Shown here piece by piece: positions 29,523-39,866 of a DNA stretch of 64,000 nucleotides. A program made the position numbers and the translations under genes. The notes below the pieces were generated by a model that made no database searches, had not been told where the DNA came from, and saw nothing but the letters and a program-made list of their open reading frames with translations. The first letter of the stretch is position 1. Each line of letters starts with the position of its first letter. This stretch comes from a virus, in the IMG/VR virus record IMGVR_UViG_3300045256_000135, positions 32,001-96,000 of that record; one strand, written 5' to 3'.

Positions 29523-30730
29523 CAGTGTTGACCTCGGGGTGGTGTATCGTATACTCTAAGAGTGGAGAGCCACCTGGATCTCCGTACATTGACGTGTACT
29601 GGTCCAGCTTTGATGAGGCGGAGTACGAGTACTTCAACCTGCTGAAGCCCTACCCCAGCTCCTCCCCGTGGTGGAAGTTGCTATGGATAGAGTTCAGATT
29701 CTACGATTCGGGGTGCAAGATGATCTCTCTCGAGCAAGTTCGACGATCACTGGATCAAGCATATCCACAAGACTTTGCCGTGGGCAGCCTGGCTGCCCAG
29801 TTTAACGCGTCTATCCAAGACACTCAGACTGCACTGGACTTTCTCGCAGCGAAGAGGTTCACGTACGTCACGGAGATGAACACGTATCTCGGTGCAATCA
29901 AGTACACCGAACTCGCTCTCACCACCACCCCTCAGAACAGTTCCACGATTTCAAACGCTGTTGCATTCAGTCTCCAGTTGGTCGAGAGTCATCTCGAAAG
30001 ATTAGTACTTCTCAAGAGAGCAACTTTGATCCTAGCACCGATTACCGGTGAGAAGACGTATGTTTCAGTATGATCAAGGTACTGAAACACCATCTGGTTG
30101 ATTGGATCAGTGGTACGGCGACGGTGGTGTCTGATAGAACAACGAAGCTGTCGGCTACTTGCTCCAAGTGTTCTGATCAAACCCTGCGATTCTATTGCTG
30201 CTTGAAGATTGCTGAAGAGTATGGTTGGCGGAATTATGCATATCTCCACTCTGCCTGTGATCGAAAGTGAGTTTGTCACCCACTGGTGCCCTCTTTGTGG
30301 TGGTGTCAGTCACCCCGCCACGGGATGCGCCTACACACCTACATTCATCGTCTGCTGGCGATGCACTAGAGCCGCTTGCACGTGGATCGAAAGCTGGACC
30401 AATTCAAAGGGGCGGAGACGAGGCTTGTCGTTTTATCAACATGCCGGAGCTCGCGATGTCGAACACGAAGCGGTATAGATTGACAGCTGAAGGTCGTAGG
30501 CAGGTGTTCGAGATTCGACAGCGTCTGAAAAACAACGACCTTGAATGGCCTCCGACTGTTGATCAATTGCATCTGTTCTTCGACCTCATACCGGAAAAGG
30601 TTCGGTACGACATCGAGTCAGAGGCCAAGTCGCTTGGGCTGAACGCGGATCGAGTCAAAACGTCATACCTTCGGCAGCTGGTTGATATTGCTATTGCATC
30701 CGAGGAACGCCTGCATTGAAAGGCTAGAAC

Positions 30731-31327
30731 ATGATCTACACACTCGACTGCGAATTCTTCGAAGACGGTTACAAGCGAATCGACCTCATCTCGATTGCTC
30801 TTGTCTGTGAGGACGGGCGTGAGTTCTACGCTGTAGCGTCTGATGGCTGGGACCCCCGGGGTGTATCTGATTGGTTGAAAGCGAACGTATTACCGTTTTT
30901 GTCACCTGACGGTCAAAGAGTTGATCTCTTCGATGGGATCATTGCGTCTGAAGCAGCCAAGGTGATACCGTTCCGCTCCAGGGAGCAGATCAAAGAGGAT
31001 CTGTGGAAGTTCGTCAAACCCGAAGCTCCACCCGTTGTCAAAGAGCTCGAGTACATCAGAGGACGATCCTTCCACAATCAGCCAGAGTTCTGGGGATACT
31101 TTGCAGACTACGACTGGGTTTTACTGTGCCAGCTTTTTGGTCGCATGCTCGATCTTCCATCACATTTTCCGAAGTATTGTCGAGATATCAAACAGAAGAT
31201 GGATGACCACCAGATCGAGAAGGTTGGTATGCCGAAGCAAGAAAGCGGGCATCACAACGCTTTGATGGATGCTCGTCACATGCAAAAGATGCTCCTGCGT
31301 CTCGCAGAGATGGAAGAAGCTCGTTAG
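30731..31327 (+). CDS. DEDDh 3'-5' exoribonuclease (Rv2179c-like)
   Basis: LDCEF, ADYDWV, HNALMDARH. Confidence 0.88.
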   Translation: MIYTLDCEFFEDGYKRIDLISIALVCEDGREFYAVASDGWDPRGVSDWLKANVLPFLSPDGQRVDLFDGIIASEAAKVIPFRSREQIKEDLWKFVKPEAPPVVKELEYIRGRSFHNQPEFWGYFADYDWVLLCQLFGRMLDLPSHFPKYCRDIKQKMDDHQIEKVGMPKQESGHHNALMDARHMQKMLLRLAEMEEAR

Positions 31328-31336
31328 GAGGACACC

Positions 31337-31636
31337 ATGGCAGATTATCGAAATGGCTTACACCTGATCCCGGAGCACATGCACGACTCGGTTACACAGT
31401 GGATCGAGGAGGGTTTTCCGCATCCAAGAATGATGGGAACATTCTTCAAGGCGATTCTGTCGAACCAGTTCGTTGAGACAATATCTCAAGCTGACGAAGC
31501 AAACTACCATAGCTTGAAGGGTTGGGCAACGTTCTTGTACAACTACATGCCTTCACCTGCGTATGGATCGTATGAGAATCTTCTCAAGTGGTATAGTTTC
31601 CATCATCCTGAGTCGGAGCAAGTCAATGAAGGTTGA
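31337..31636 (+). CDS. Hypothetical phage protein
   Basis: AGGAGG SD. Confidence 0.7.
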   Translation: MADYRNGLHLIPEHMHDSVTQWIEEGFPHPRMMGTFFKAILSNQFVETISQADEANYHSLKGWATFLYNYMPSPAYGSYENLLKWYSFHHPESEQVNEG

Positions 31637-31840
31637 GATTCAGATTCAGCATGCTTACTCAGACAGTAAGCCAAACGAAACCCGCCCTGTCATGGTCATC
31701 AGTGACACACCTATTCACGACGGAGCTTACCCAAAGCTTCAGATTGAACTTGAAGGCAAGAAGATCGTGCTCAATATTCGTGATCTGAAAGCAGCGATCG
31801 AAGCGATTGAGCACGTCAATAACGCTTAGTCCAACGTCAG

Positions 31841-31863
31841 TTCGTAGACGCTTCTTTTAGAAT
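31841..31863 (+). promoter_or_regulatory. Class-2 promoter candidate upstream of terminase
   Basis: TTCG-N13-TAGAAT. Confidence 0.55.
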
Positions 31864-31877
31864 CGTTACGAACTGCT

Positions 31878-33974
31878 ATGTCGAATCTGTCCGACCTAGA
31901 GACGAAGCTTAACGCGAAGATTGATGCTCACGTCTATCAGACAGCCGATGACGAATTTATTGAGGATGGTGTTGACCTTAGAGTCAGAGCACCAAACGCA
32001 GTGGAGTGGATCGCTGGATCGAAGTTCCTAAACGTCGAGTCGATCTGGCAGTTTACTCGTCAGTACGAGTTAGTCCGTGATTTCTTCCAGCTTCGTTGTC
32101 CCATTTGCAACAAAGGCGATGGAGACTGCTGGGGTAAAAGTCCAACACAGCTCCAAGACGAAGTCAGGCTGGTTTGGTCTCCAGCGTACAGTGAAGATGT
32201 CTGTCCGAAGTGCAACACCACCCGGACAGAATTCAACCATGACCAACTATTGCGCTCCTTTGATACGTTCATTGGGGTCGCAGGAATGCGGTCTGGCAAG
32301 AGTGTCATGGCAGGGATGCTAGGGACTTACATCCGACACGTCTACACGACGTTTGGGATTAAGGACAAAGGCAGCATCCACAAGATGTTTGGCCTTTTGC
32401 CAACGCAAAACCTAGAACTGGCATTCGTTGCAACTACCGCAACTCAGGCTAAAGAGACAATCTGGGCTAACTTTCAGAAGCAATGCACAGCCTCGCCCTG
32501 GTTTAAGCGCTACGCTGCTTGGATCACGAGGAAGATGAACCGACAGCTGGTTAGCCCTGGTCAGCGTCCCTGGATCTACAATGAGCTCACAGACTTCATC
32601 CAGGACGACTGGCTGATGTTTAACTGTGCATCATTGAACAGCAACTCAGGTGGTCTAGCAGGGCGAACGAGAGTTGGGTTTCTCGCTGACGAGCTTTCAC
32701 GCTTTGGTGTGACAGACTCAAAGATGGGCGCTGATGAAATCTGGGCTGTGTTCGATCACTCTCTGAAGACGATTCGGGGTGCTCGTATTCAATTCCAGAT
32801 GAAGGAGCCATGGCTTGGCACTGCGATTACCGTAAGCTCACCCATCAGCATCGAAGACAAGACGATGCGTCTGTACAATGAAGCGAAGGAGTTGAAGAAC
32901 TACTTCGCGTGGAAGTACCCCACTTGGGAGTTCAACCCGTTCCAGCCTCGCTCCAACTTTGAATCAGATTACAAAGCGGATCCAGTGATGGCGGAGCGTG
33001 ATTTCGGTGCCAGCCCGCCCAACGCCACGAACCCTCTGATTCAGGACCCTCTTCGGTTTTGGCTAAGCGTAGCCAAGTCGTCCACCCCCACAGCTATATT
33101 TAGAGCTACGCATCCCATCGACAAGTCTGGGCGTGAGTACGTAGGTGCTGAACTTGAGCACTCGATCGTTGAACGTCAACGTCCGTTGTACATCTTTGGC
33201 GACGCGGGCAAGAGTTTTGACCAGTTCGCTCTAGTCGCTTGTTCGGGTGTTTGGGCGCCGGCGTTCAACGAGCCTGCTGATCAATTTGCAGTGCCACTGC
33301 AGCCAGTTCAACTGGATCCATTGTACATCGAGCCACAGAACAACTCAGACCCTGAGCAGATGACATTGATGACCGTCCATGAGTGGTCTCTGCGGATCAT
33401 TCCAGAAGACGGTAACCCAGGCAAGCGAGAGGTTTGGTACGAATCTGTTGTGGACATTCTCAGGAAGTTGATGAAGTATCGAAAGATCGCCATGGTTGCT
33501 TTCGACTCATGGAACTCAGCTTCAACCTTGCAAACCATCTCAAACATGGGTATCCCAACCACCCAGGTTAGCTTGAACGTATCAGACTTCTCGAAGGCTG
33601 TTCAAGACGCAATGTTGGGTAGAGCTAAGCTGCTCCCACCACGACCATCTGACAAACTGTCTCTTGATCCATCGAATGGTTCACTGATTCTGGGCATCAA
33701 GCCACAGGATCTATCTGCAGAAGGTGCAACGCTTTACGAGCTGTTGAAGCTTGAGAGATCGAAAGATCTCAAGCAGGTTTTTAACCCATTGAAAGGCAAG
33801 GTTAGGGGAGCAAACTCTGACGACCTTGCTAACTGCTTTGCTGGTGCGCATCGCTTGGTTCAAGAAAGCATCGGTAAGATCACTAACACAGCCATGGAAA
33901 TCAGACGGTCCAAAGAAGAAGCTGGAGCTAGCAAGTTTGTTGGTGGCTTAGCAAGAGGTCCGCGATGGGGTTGA
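31878..33974 (+). CDS. terL: Terminase large subunit
   Basis: Walker A GMRSGKS, Walker B FLADE, VSSP motif, nuclease FGDAG..D and SDDLAN. Confidence 0.88.
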   Translation: MSNLSDLETKLNAKIDAHVYQTADDEFIEDGVDLRVRAPNAVEWIAGSKFLNVESIWQFTRQYELVRDFFQLRCPICNKGDGDCWGKSPTQLQDEVRLVWSPAYSEDVCPKCNTTRTEFNHDQLLRSFDTFIGVAGMRSGKSVMAGMLGTYIRHVYTTFGIKDKGSIHKMFGLLPTQNLELAFVATTATQAKETIWANFQKQCTASPWFKRYAAWITRKMNRQLVSPGQRPWIYNELTDFIQDDWLMFNCASLNSNSGGLAGRTRVGFLADELSRFGVTDSKMGADEIWAVFDHSLKTIRGARIQFQMKEPWLGTAITVSSPISIEDKTMRLYNEAKELKNYFAWKYPTWEFNPFQPRSNFESDYKADPVMAERDFGASPPNATNPLIQDPLRFWLSVAKSSTPTAIFRATHPIDKSGREYVGAELEHSIVERQRPLYIFGDAGKSFDQFALVACSGVWAPAFNEPADQFAVPLQPVQLDPLYIEPQNNSDPEQMTLMTVHEWSLRIIPEDGNPGKREVWYESVVDILRKLMKYRKIAMVAFDSWNSASTLQTISNMGIPTTQVSLNVSDFSKAVQDAMLGRAKLLPPRPSDKLSLDPSNGSLILGIKPQDLSAEGATLYELLKLERSKDLKQVFNPLKGKVRGANSDDLANCFAGAHRLVQESIGKITNTAMEIRRSKEEAGASKFVGGLARGPRWG

Positions 33975-36900
33975 AACCAAAGCCAAAACCAGCTTCAGTG
34001 GTTAATACGGCGAATGTTCAAAACCTTCAGTTCTCAGCTCAGGAGGTACAGGCGTTTCTTGCGTCTGATCTGGGCTCAGCTCTTGCTTCAAAGATGTTCA
34101 GCCATGGGGTACCACTACCAGCTCCGATAGAGCTAGAGACACCTGATGGGTCTAGCTACTATCAAGCGCAGGCTTTGTTAGAAGCATGGAACACACTCCC
34201 GTGGTTGGCGACACAAGTGAAAGGATTTTCTCAGACTGCTGCAAAAGGTCCCGGTGCTCCAGGATGGTGTGAACATCACAAGCAAAACCACCACAAAAAC
34301 ACCAAGTGCCCGTTTATGACGGGTGGTGGCGTTTCAGAAGTGCCACCAGAGGAGACAAAACCCACCCAGTCTGCAGCTTTCGCTGAGAAAGCTAAGGTCC
34401 TCAGTGCTATCTATGCTCCGCTCTCAAAGTATGATTGGAACGGGCACCTGGTAGAGACAGTCAAGGCAGTTACTGATTTCCTAACCTCCACCGAGGGCCA
34501 TACTCTAGTTAACGGAGACGGTTTAGAGTTCGAAGATCTCGCCAACTTTCTTTCCGAACCTCTAGGCGAAAGCTTGGAGTTTGGATCAGCGCTAGTCGAT
34601 ACATTACTCGCCGCTGGTCTTTTAAAATCGAGTGCAGGACTTGTGACAGCTACTCCAGCTTTGGCTGGACCTGTAGCCAAGTGGAAGAACGCTATTGAAG
34701 CTGAGGATGCTGAGGTAGCTACTTCGACCAAGCCCGAAGCACCACCAGAGCCTGTTGGGAAAAGCTTAGACAAGCTCACCACGGCTGAGAAGCAGGCTGT
34801 AGCCGACCAAGTCTTCACCAACATCACGAAGGGCTGGAACCCCACCTACCCCGACGCAATTAAGAAGAAGATCACTTGGTTGCTGACCAAGTCAAACGCC
34901 CTTCTTAGCGACGATACTTTGTCCAAGAATCAGTGGGTTGACGAGATATCAAATCAGACAGGGAATACTACGCTTTTCTGTCAAAAGCTTGTAAACGCGT
35001 TTATTGACGTTGGGATTCTAGTTCCAGACAAGCTGAACGGGTTGAAGGTCAACAAGCACATTGAAGTGTCTGATTCAGCCGATACGACGAAACCAAAGAC
35101 CAACCAGCTCGATAAGTCTTCCCTAACGAAAGCTAACCCGCATTACCTTAACTCAACCAAGCCCGAATCCTGGCTGCTTGAATCCCTTGTGGCTAGCCCA
35201 CCACCGTGGCCTCTTGACAAGATTGATCTGATCAAGCGAGTTCGGAACTACACTTGGTGTTTTCAGACATCGTATCAGCTCGGGTTGAAGGAAGCGAAAG
35301 ATCTTGTTGAAGCAGCAATTGCTGCAGGTCTCTTTCAACAGACTGACGTGGCGCATTCGAGCTATCCAAAGTTTACGCTGAAGCCTTTGGCACCCGATGT
35401 AGCAAAGCAGATTTCTGCGAATGTTAAGCAGCCAAAGCCAAAGCCAGATCCGATACAGACTCCGTCAGATGCACCTCAGTCCAACACACCAGCACCGTTC
35501 ACCACTTATGAGACCACCAAGAAGTCAGTACCAAATGCTACGAAGACGAATCTGAAGAGCCAAGCAATCGCTGATTTCGGATGGAACACAAATGGGAAGG
35601 GATCTAAGGTACTTGACACCCTGCTCTCTGGTGGACAGCACACTGTTGATAGTCTCCTCAAGAAGCTCTCTGCAGATGGTACGACTACTACCAAAGGAGT
35701 AGTTGTAAGCATTGTAGACGATCTGATCAGCAAAGGTTACGCGAAGCTTCAAGATGGGAAGATTCGCGCAGCAGAGCTAAAGTCTAAGCCTTGGTTGAAT
35801 CAGCCTCAGCAATTGCCAAAAAAGGGCAAGGGCCTGCATGTTGCTCCAGTGCAACCCAAGCTAACTGGGAAGACTCCTAAGACTGTGTACCAAGACGCAG
35901 ATGGACAAACGTTCCTTTTCAAGCAAGGGGAGCCAAACTCTCAGGCTGCTGATAAGGCGTCCAAGGTGTTTCAGAAGCTTCTGCCAGAGTTTGCGATTAA
36001 AGTTGAAGCCACAAAGATCGATAACATCGTTGGTTCAGTACAACCATACATGGATGCTGATGCACCTCCCGCAGTAGACAAGATGTCACCTGCTCAGAGG
36101 AGAAGCTTGCAGCAGCAGCAAGTGGTTGACTGGTTGATTGGAAACTACGATAACAAGCCTGACAACTTCATCCTGGTTGGCGATAAGGTGCTTGGGATCG
36201 ACAAAGATCAATCGTTCAAGGACTATGAATTGGTCCCAGCCCTCGAAGTGGAGCAGAAACACACGGGTAGCGGATCTATCTACAAGCAGCTAAACCAGTT
36301 CTTCAAAGACAATCCGAAAGAGCTGGATCCCAGTGCGTACCAAGACGTCGTAAAGAAGATCTCAAATCTGTCGGATGAGGAATGGACACAGCTTGTGCCA
36401 CCTTCAGCACTGGAAAGTGCCAAGGCGAGAAAGCAGTCGATCAAAGCTGATTTCGAGAAGCTAGTCAGTGAGCTGAAGGGTGAGCCAACACAGCTTGGTA
36501 CAACATCGCCACAAGAAGCTCCAGCTGTCTTGCCAGTACCTGAAGGTGGCAAGAAAGTGCTCCCGTCGGCTGAGCTACCATCAGTAGCCGAGCTTAAGCA
36601 CGAAGGTTCTGGAGCACATCTTGGTGGCGCGAAGCCAAAGGACATCTACTCTGACAAGAGCGGCAAGAAGTACCTGTTCAAGCCTGCTGCCGAACCGTGG
36701 AGACGTGCTGTTCAGCAGGCTGTTTCAGATCTTAGCAGTATGATTGTTTCGCCAGCAGAGTTTGTACCCGTGAAGGCTGACCATGCTGGTACACTTCAGC
36801 CATTGGTACCGAATGCTACACCATTGATCGGCAAGGCTCCCAAGTCTCTAACGCCGGCGCAGAAGTCGGGTGTGCAAAGAGAACGCTTGTTGGACTGGGT

Positions 36901-37345
36901 CTTCGGAAACCACGATAGCCATGGCAATAACATGATTCTCTCAGGCGACACTGTGCTCGGGGTCGATAAAGAGCAGGCTTTCAAGCACCTAGGCAGTGAT
37001 AAGCTAGACGTTGACTACCACCCGAATGCAGAGTTTGGTGAGAAGCCACCGTACTACAACCAGTTCTACAAGGATTATGCGGACAAGAAGATTGATCTGA
37101 ATCTGAACGAGCTTCTTCCGTATATCAAGAAGATCGAATCGATTCCAGATTCGACTTGGGAAACTGTAGTTCAACCCTACGTCGAGGGCCTTGCTAAGGA
37201 CACACCAAACGCTGGTGTGAAATGGAAGCAGAAGCTGACAAAGCAAATCCTCGAACGGAAGAACAACGTACGCAAGGATTTTGAGCAGTTCTTTAGTGAG
37301 CTTCGAAAGAAGCGGGGCGAAGGCCCATTCAAGTTTGGTGAATGA
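33965..37345 (+). CDS. Large multidomain protein with two C-terminal PI3/PI4-kinase/HipA-like kinase domains
   Basis: FLFK...DWLIGNYDNKPDN...GIDKD and YLFK...DWVFGNHDSHGNN...GVDKE. Confidence 0.8.
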   Translation: MGLKPKPKPASVVNTANVQNLQFSAQEVQAFLASDLGSALASKMFSHGVPLPAPIELETPDGSSYYQAQALLEAWNTLPWLATQVKGFSQTAAKGPGAPGWCEHHKQNHHKNTKCPFMTGGGVSEVPPEETKPTQSAAFAEKAKVLSAIYAPLSKYDWNGHLVETVKAVTDFLTSTEGHTLVNGDGLEFEDLANFLSEPLGESLEFGSALVDTLLAAGLLKSSAGLVTATPALAGPVAKWKNAIEAEDAEVATSTKPEAPPEPVGKSLDKLTTAEKQAVADQVFTNITKGWNPTYPDAIKKKITWLLTKSNALLSDDTLSKNQWVDEISNQTGNTTLFCQKLVNAFIDVGILVPDKLNGLKVNKHIEVSDSADTTKPKTNQLDKSSLTKANPHYLNSTKPESWLLESLVASPPPWPLDKIDLIKRVRNYTWCFQTSYQLGLKEAKDLVEAAIAAGLFQQTDVAHSSYPKFTLKPLAPDVAKQISANVKQPKPKPDPIQTPSDAPQSNTPAPFTTYETTKKSVPNATKTNLKSQAIADFGWNTNGKGSKVLDTLLSGGQHTVDSLLKKLSADGTTTTKGVVVSIVDDLISKGYAKLQDGKIRAAELKSKPWLNQPQQLPKKGKGLHVAPVQPKLTGKTPKTVYQDADGQTFLFKQGEPNSQAADKASKVFQKLLPEFAIKVEATKIDNIVGSVQPYMDADAPPAVDKMSPAQRRSLQQQQVVDWLIGNYDNKPDNFILVGDKVLGIDKDQSFKDYELVPALEVEQKHTGSGSIYKQLNQFFKDNPKELDPSAYQDVVKKISNLSDEEWTQLVPPSALESAKARKQSIKADFEKLVSELKGEPTQLGTTSPQEAPAVLPVPEGGKKVLPSAELPSVAELKHEGSGAHLGGAKPKDIYSDKSGKKYLFKPAAEPWRRAVQQAVSDLSSMIVSPAEFVPVKADHAGTLQPLVPNATPLIGKAPKSLTPAQKSGVQRERLLDWVFGNHDSHGNNMILSGDTVLGVDKEQAFKHLGSDKLDVDYHPNAEFGEKPPYYNQFYKDYADKKIDLNLNELLPYIKKIESIPDSTWETVVQPYVEGLAKDTPNAGVKWKQKLTKQILERKNNVRKDFEQFFSELRKKRGEGPFKFGE
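34262..34330 (+). repeat. Duplicated coding segment GWCEHHKQNHHKNTKCPFMTGGG, copy 1
   Basis: 68/69 nt identical to 40042-40110. Confidence 0.95.
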
Positions 37346-37346
37346 C

Positions 37347-39866
37347 ATGCGGCATATTTTCCCCAACAAAGAGCTGAGTTTTGAGGACGCATATGTCCCG
37401 TCTAGAACCATTTGCGGTGCCCTAGCCACAATCGGTGGTGATGGACCCACTTGTTCAGCGTGCTTGAGAAAACAAGCAGCTGTGAACATCATAGACAGAC
37501 CAGAACCCGGGGTTGGGAGCGAGTCTGGTGCTGGAGACGCTTCCGTTCTGAAAGAAGATGCTTTCTCATCAGTGCCATTGATCAATCGTCCAGAGGAGAA
37601 CAGCAACCCAGCTGGCTCTGCAGAGAGAGACTTTGGCATGCGTAGACGGACAGAAGGTAGTGGTTTTGGGAACAACCTCACTGATCTAACTGTTGCAGAG
37701 GCTCTTCACTACACCGCATCACCAGAAGGTGAATTTGCTGTCAGTGATGACGAGTTCATAGCCAAGTTGAACGATGGTATCGGGCTGGAGTACTCACAGC
37801 ATCTTCGCTATCTAACGTATGCTTCAACCCTACGGCTCGCCTTTAGAGAAGCTCTTGCTGAGGAGTTTGTAGAGCATGCGGATAAGGAGTCCGAGCATGC
37901 TCAGATTCTCTCTCGAAGAGTGGTAGCTCTCGGTGGCAAGCTGGACTTTAAAGTAGCTGAGCCGGTAGTGTTTGACCCCACCGACCCGAATGTGCTCGAG
38001 AAGATTCTTGCTGAGCTTTGGCAGCGAGAGCAATCTGGGCTAACGTACTACCGAGAGCTTTTGCAGATGTGTGGCAAGTCGGTCTTTAGTCACACAGTCG
38101 AAGAGATTCTTGTCACTGAACTCGAACACAATGATGACATCAAGCGATTTGGGTACTCGCCGAATGAATCGAAAGTGGCGACTCGAAGACTGGCTGAAGT
38201 CGTAAATCAAGCACCCCTGTCACAGCCAGAACAGTGGAAGCAGAGCTACCACGATGAGAACGCGTTTGAAGGCTTGGACAAGATGGGTGATTGTGCGACA
38301 TGCGGAGAAAGTCTACATGGCACTGATATACACGACTGTCCGATGTGTTCAAGTCGCCAAGCTATACTTTCTAAGTACGCATGCTTCCAATGTGTAACGT
38401 CAGGTAGATTGGTTATCTGTGGTTCTTGTTCAACAGTCTATAACATCGAGCCGATCTACTGGAACAATCGTCGAGTAGCAGCTTGGATCAAGCGAGCAGA
38501 CGCTGTAAAGCGAAAGATGCTCTTCGGTGGTCTCCCCATCCACATCGAATACAACGCGGGTGATACTAAGACGTACGAAAATGGCAACTCACGGCAGTAC
38601 CGAAACGACTATGGCTTCATTCCCGGCACTGTTGGAGCTGATGGCGAGCCTATTGACGTGTACATGGGGCACTACCCGAGCCACCAAGCGCACGTGGTGA
38701 GCCAACTCAAGCCAGACGGAAGCTACGACGAGGACAAGGTGATGCTCGGATTTCAATCACCTGAGCATGCAGAGGCTGCATATCGTCAGCACTACCCCAA
38801 CAACGGGGAAGGCCATTTCGGTGGGATGAAGTCTCTTGGCATGGAGCAGTTCATCTCCGACTACTGCCAACCATCACGTGAGGACCCCTGGAAGCCAAAG
38901 CTGATCATCAAGCAGGTGCCTCTCGAGGTGATCACTGCTCAGAAAGTCAAGGTCAAGAATCCACAGACTGGGTGGGTTGGCTGGGTAAACCCAGAGAACG
39001 CTGATAAGTACGAGCCTGCAGTTGATTCAGATTCACCATCTGACACACCCAACGAGTTCTCGATCGACCCAAGTCCCAACGATGTAGACGAGGCTGTAAA
39101 GCAGGTTCAAGAGAGATCTAAGCTTGCTCCTGATCAGTTCAGAGTCAACCCATTGCCTCAGGATGTTGAAGCCGCAGTGAACGAAGCTCTGAATAGGCTA
39201 GACAGTTTCGTTAAGCAAAACCCAGATTTTGCACTTGCTCCAGATCAGGTGTCTGTAACGCATCTTGACCCTAGCCAAACCTCTGGTAATCCGACGGTTG
39301 ACAAGGTATCAGATGCAATTGTTGCTTCAGTCGAATCGCCTGAAGTAGCTAAAGAGGTGCTTCCAGCTGTTGTTCAGTCTATCTCAAAGAGTTCTCCAGT
39401 AGCTGGAGAAGCTGTCAGTGCTCTAGCAGAGACGTTGGCAAAGGCGCCAACACCAGAGGACGCACAGTCAGCGCTGAAAGAAGTGCTAGCGGACACACCA
39501 ATCGCTTCTCGTTACAGCAAGACTGAGACCTTACCACAGGCTAAGCCTAAGCAGAAATTGCCACAGGTTGCTCCACCAAAGGCGCCATCACAAAGTCAGC
39601 CGATGCAACCCCAGATCAAACCGAAGCCAGACTCTGTCGATATGTCGGAGGCCATCTCACCAGTAGAGCAAGAGTGGCAAAAGGAACGTGGTAAGCTCAA
39701 GGAGCTTTGGTCTCAGATGTGGCGTCTTATCGGCGGGCCTGGATATCAACCTGGCCCTTACCTGAAGGAATCAGCAAAAGAATACGAGATGCCAGACCAC
39801 GGTCCTTTAGGCAATGATGGCGAGATTGATCACCCAGTGGAAGACAAGGTGACCACATATGCTTGA
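37347..39866 (+). CDS. Polyvalent protein: ferritin-like domain, Zn ribbons, inorganic-pyrophosphatase-like (InPase) domain
   Basis: LE...Y...KESEHA...R...LGG...E...YY...ELEH; DYGFIPGT.GADGEPIDV...DEDKVMLGF. Confidence 0.8.
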   Translation: MRHIFPNKELSFEDAYVPSRTICGALATIGGDGPTCSACLRKQAAVNIIDRPEPGVGSESGAGDASVLKEDAFSSVPLINRPEENSNPAGSAERDFGMRRRTEGSGFGNNLTDLTVAEALHYTASPEGEFAVSDDEFIAKLNDGIGLEYSQHLRYLTYASTLRLAFREALAEEFVEHADKESEHAQILSRRVVALGGKLDFKVAEPVVFDPTDPNVLEKILAELWQREQSGLTYYRELLQMCGKSVFSHTVEEILVTELEHNDDIKRFGYSPNESKVATRRLAEVVNQAPLSQPEQWKQSYHDENAFEGLDKMGDCATCGESLHGTDIHDCPMCSSRQAILSKYACFQCVTSGRLVICGSCSTVYNIEPIYWNNRRVAAWIKRADAVKRKMLFGGLPIHIEYNAGDTKTYENGNSRQYRNDYGFIPGTVGADGEPIDVYMGHYPSHQAHVVSQLKPDGSYDEDKVMLGFQSPEHAEAAYRQHYPNNGEGHFGGMKSLGMEQFISDYCQPSREDPWKPKLIIKQVPLEVITAQKVKVKNPQTGWVGWVNPENADKYEPAVDSDSPSDTPNEFSIDPSPNDVDEAVKQVQERSKLAPDQFRVNPLPQDVEAAVNEALNRLDSFVKQNPDFALAPDQVSVTHLDPSQTSGNPTVDKVSDAIVASVESPEVAKEVLPAVVQSISKSSPVAGEAVSALAETLAKAPTPEDAQSALKEVLADTPIASRYSKTETLPQAKPKQKLPQVAPPKAPSQSQPMQPQIKPKPDSVDMSEAISPVEQEWQKERGKLKELWSQMWRLIGGPGYQPGPYLKESAKEYEMPDHGPLGNDGEIDHPVEDKVTTYA

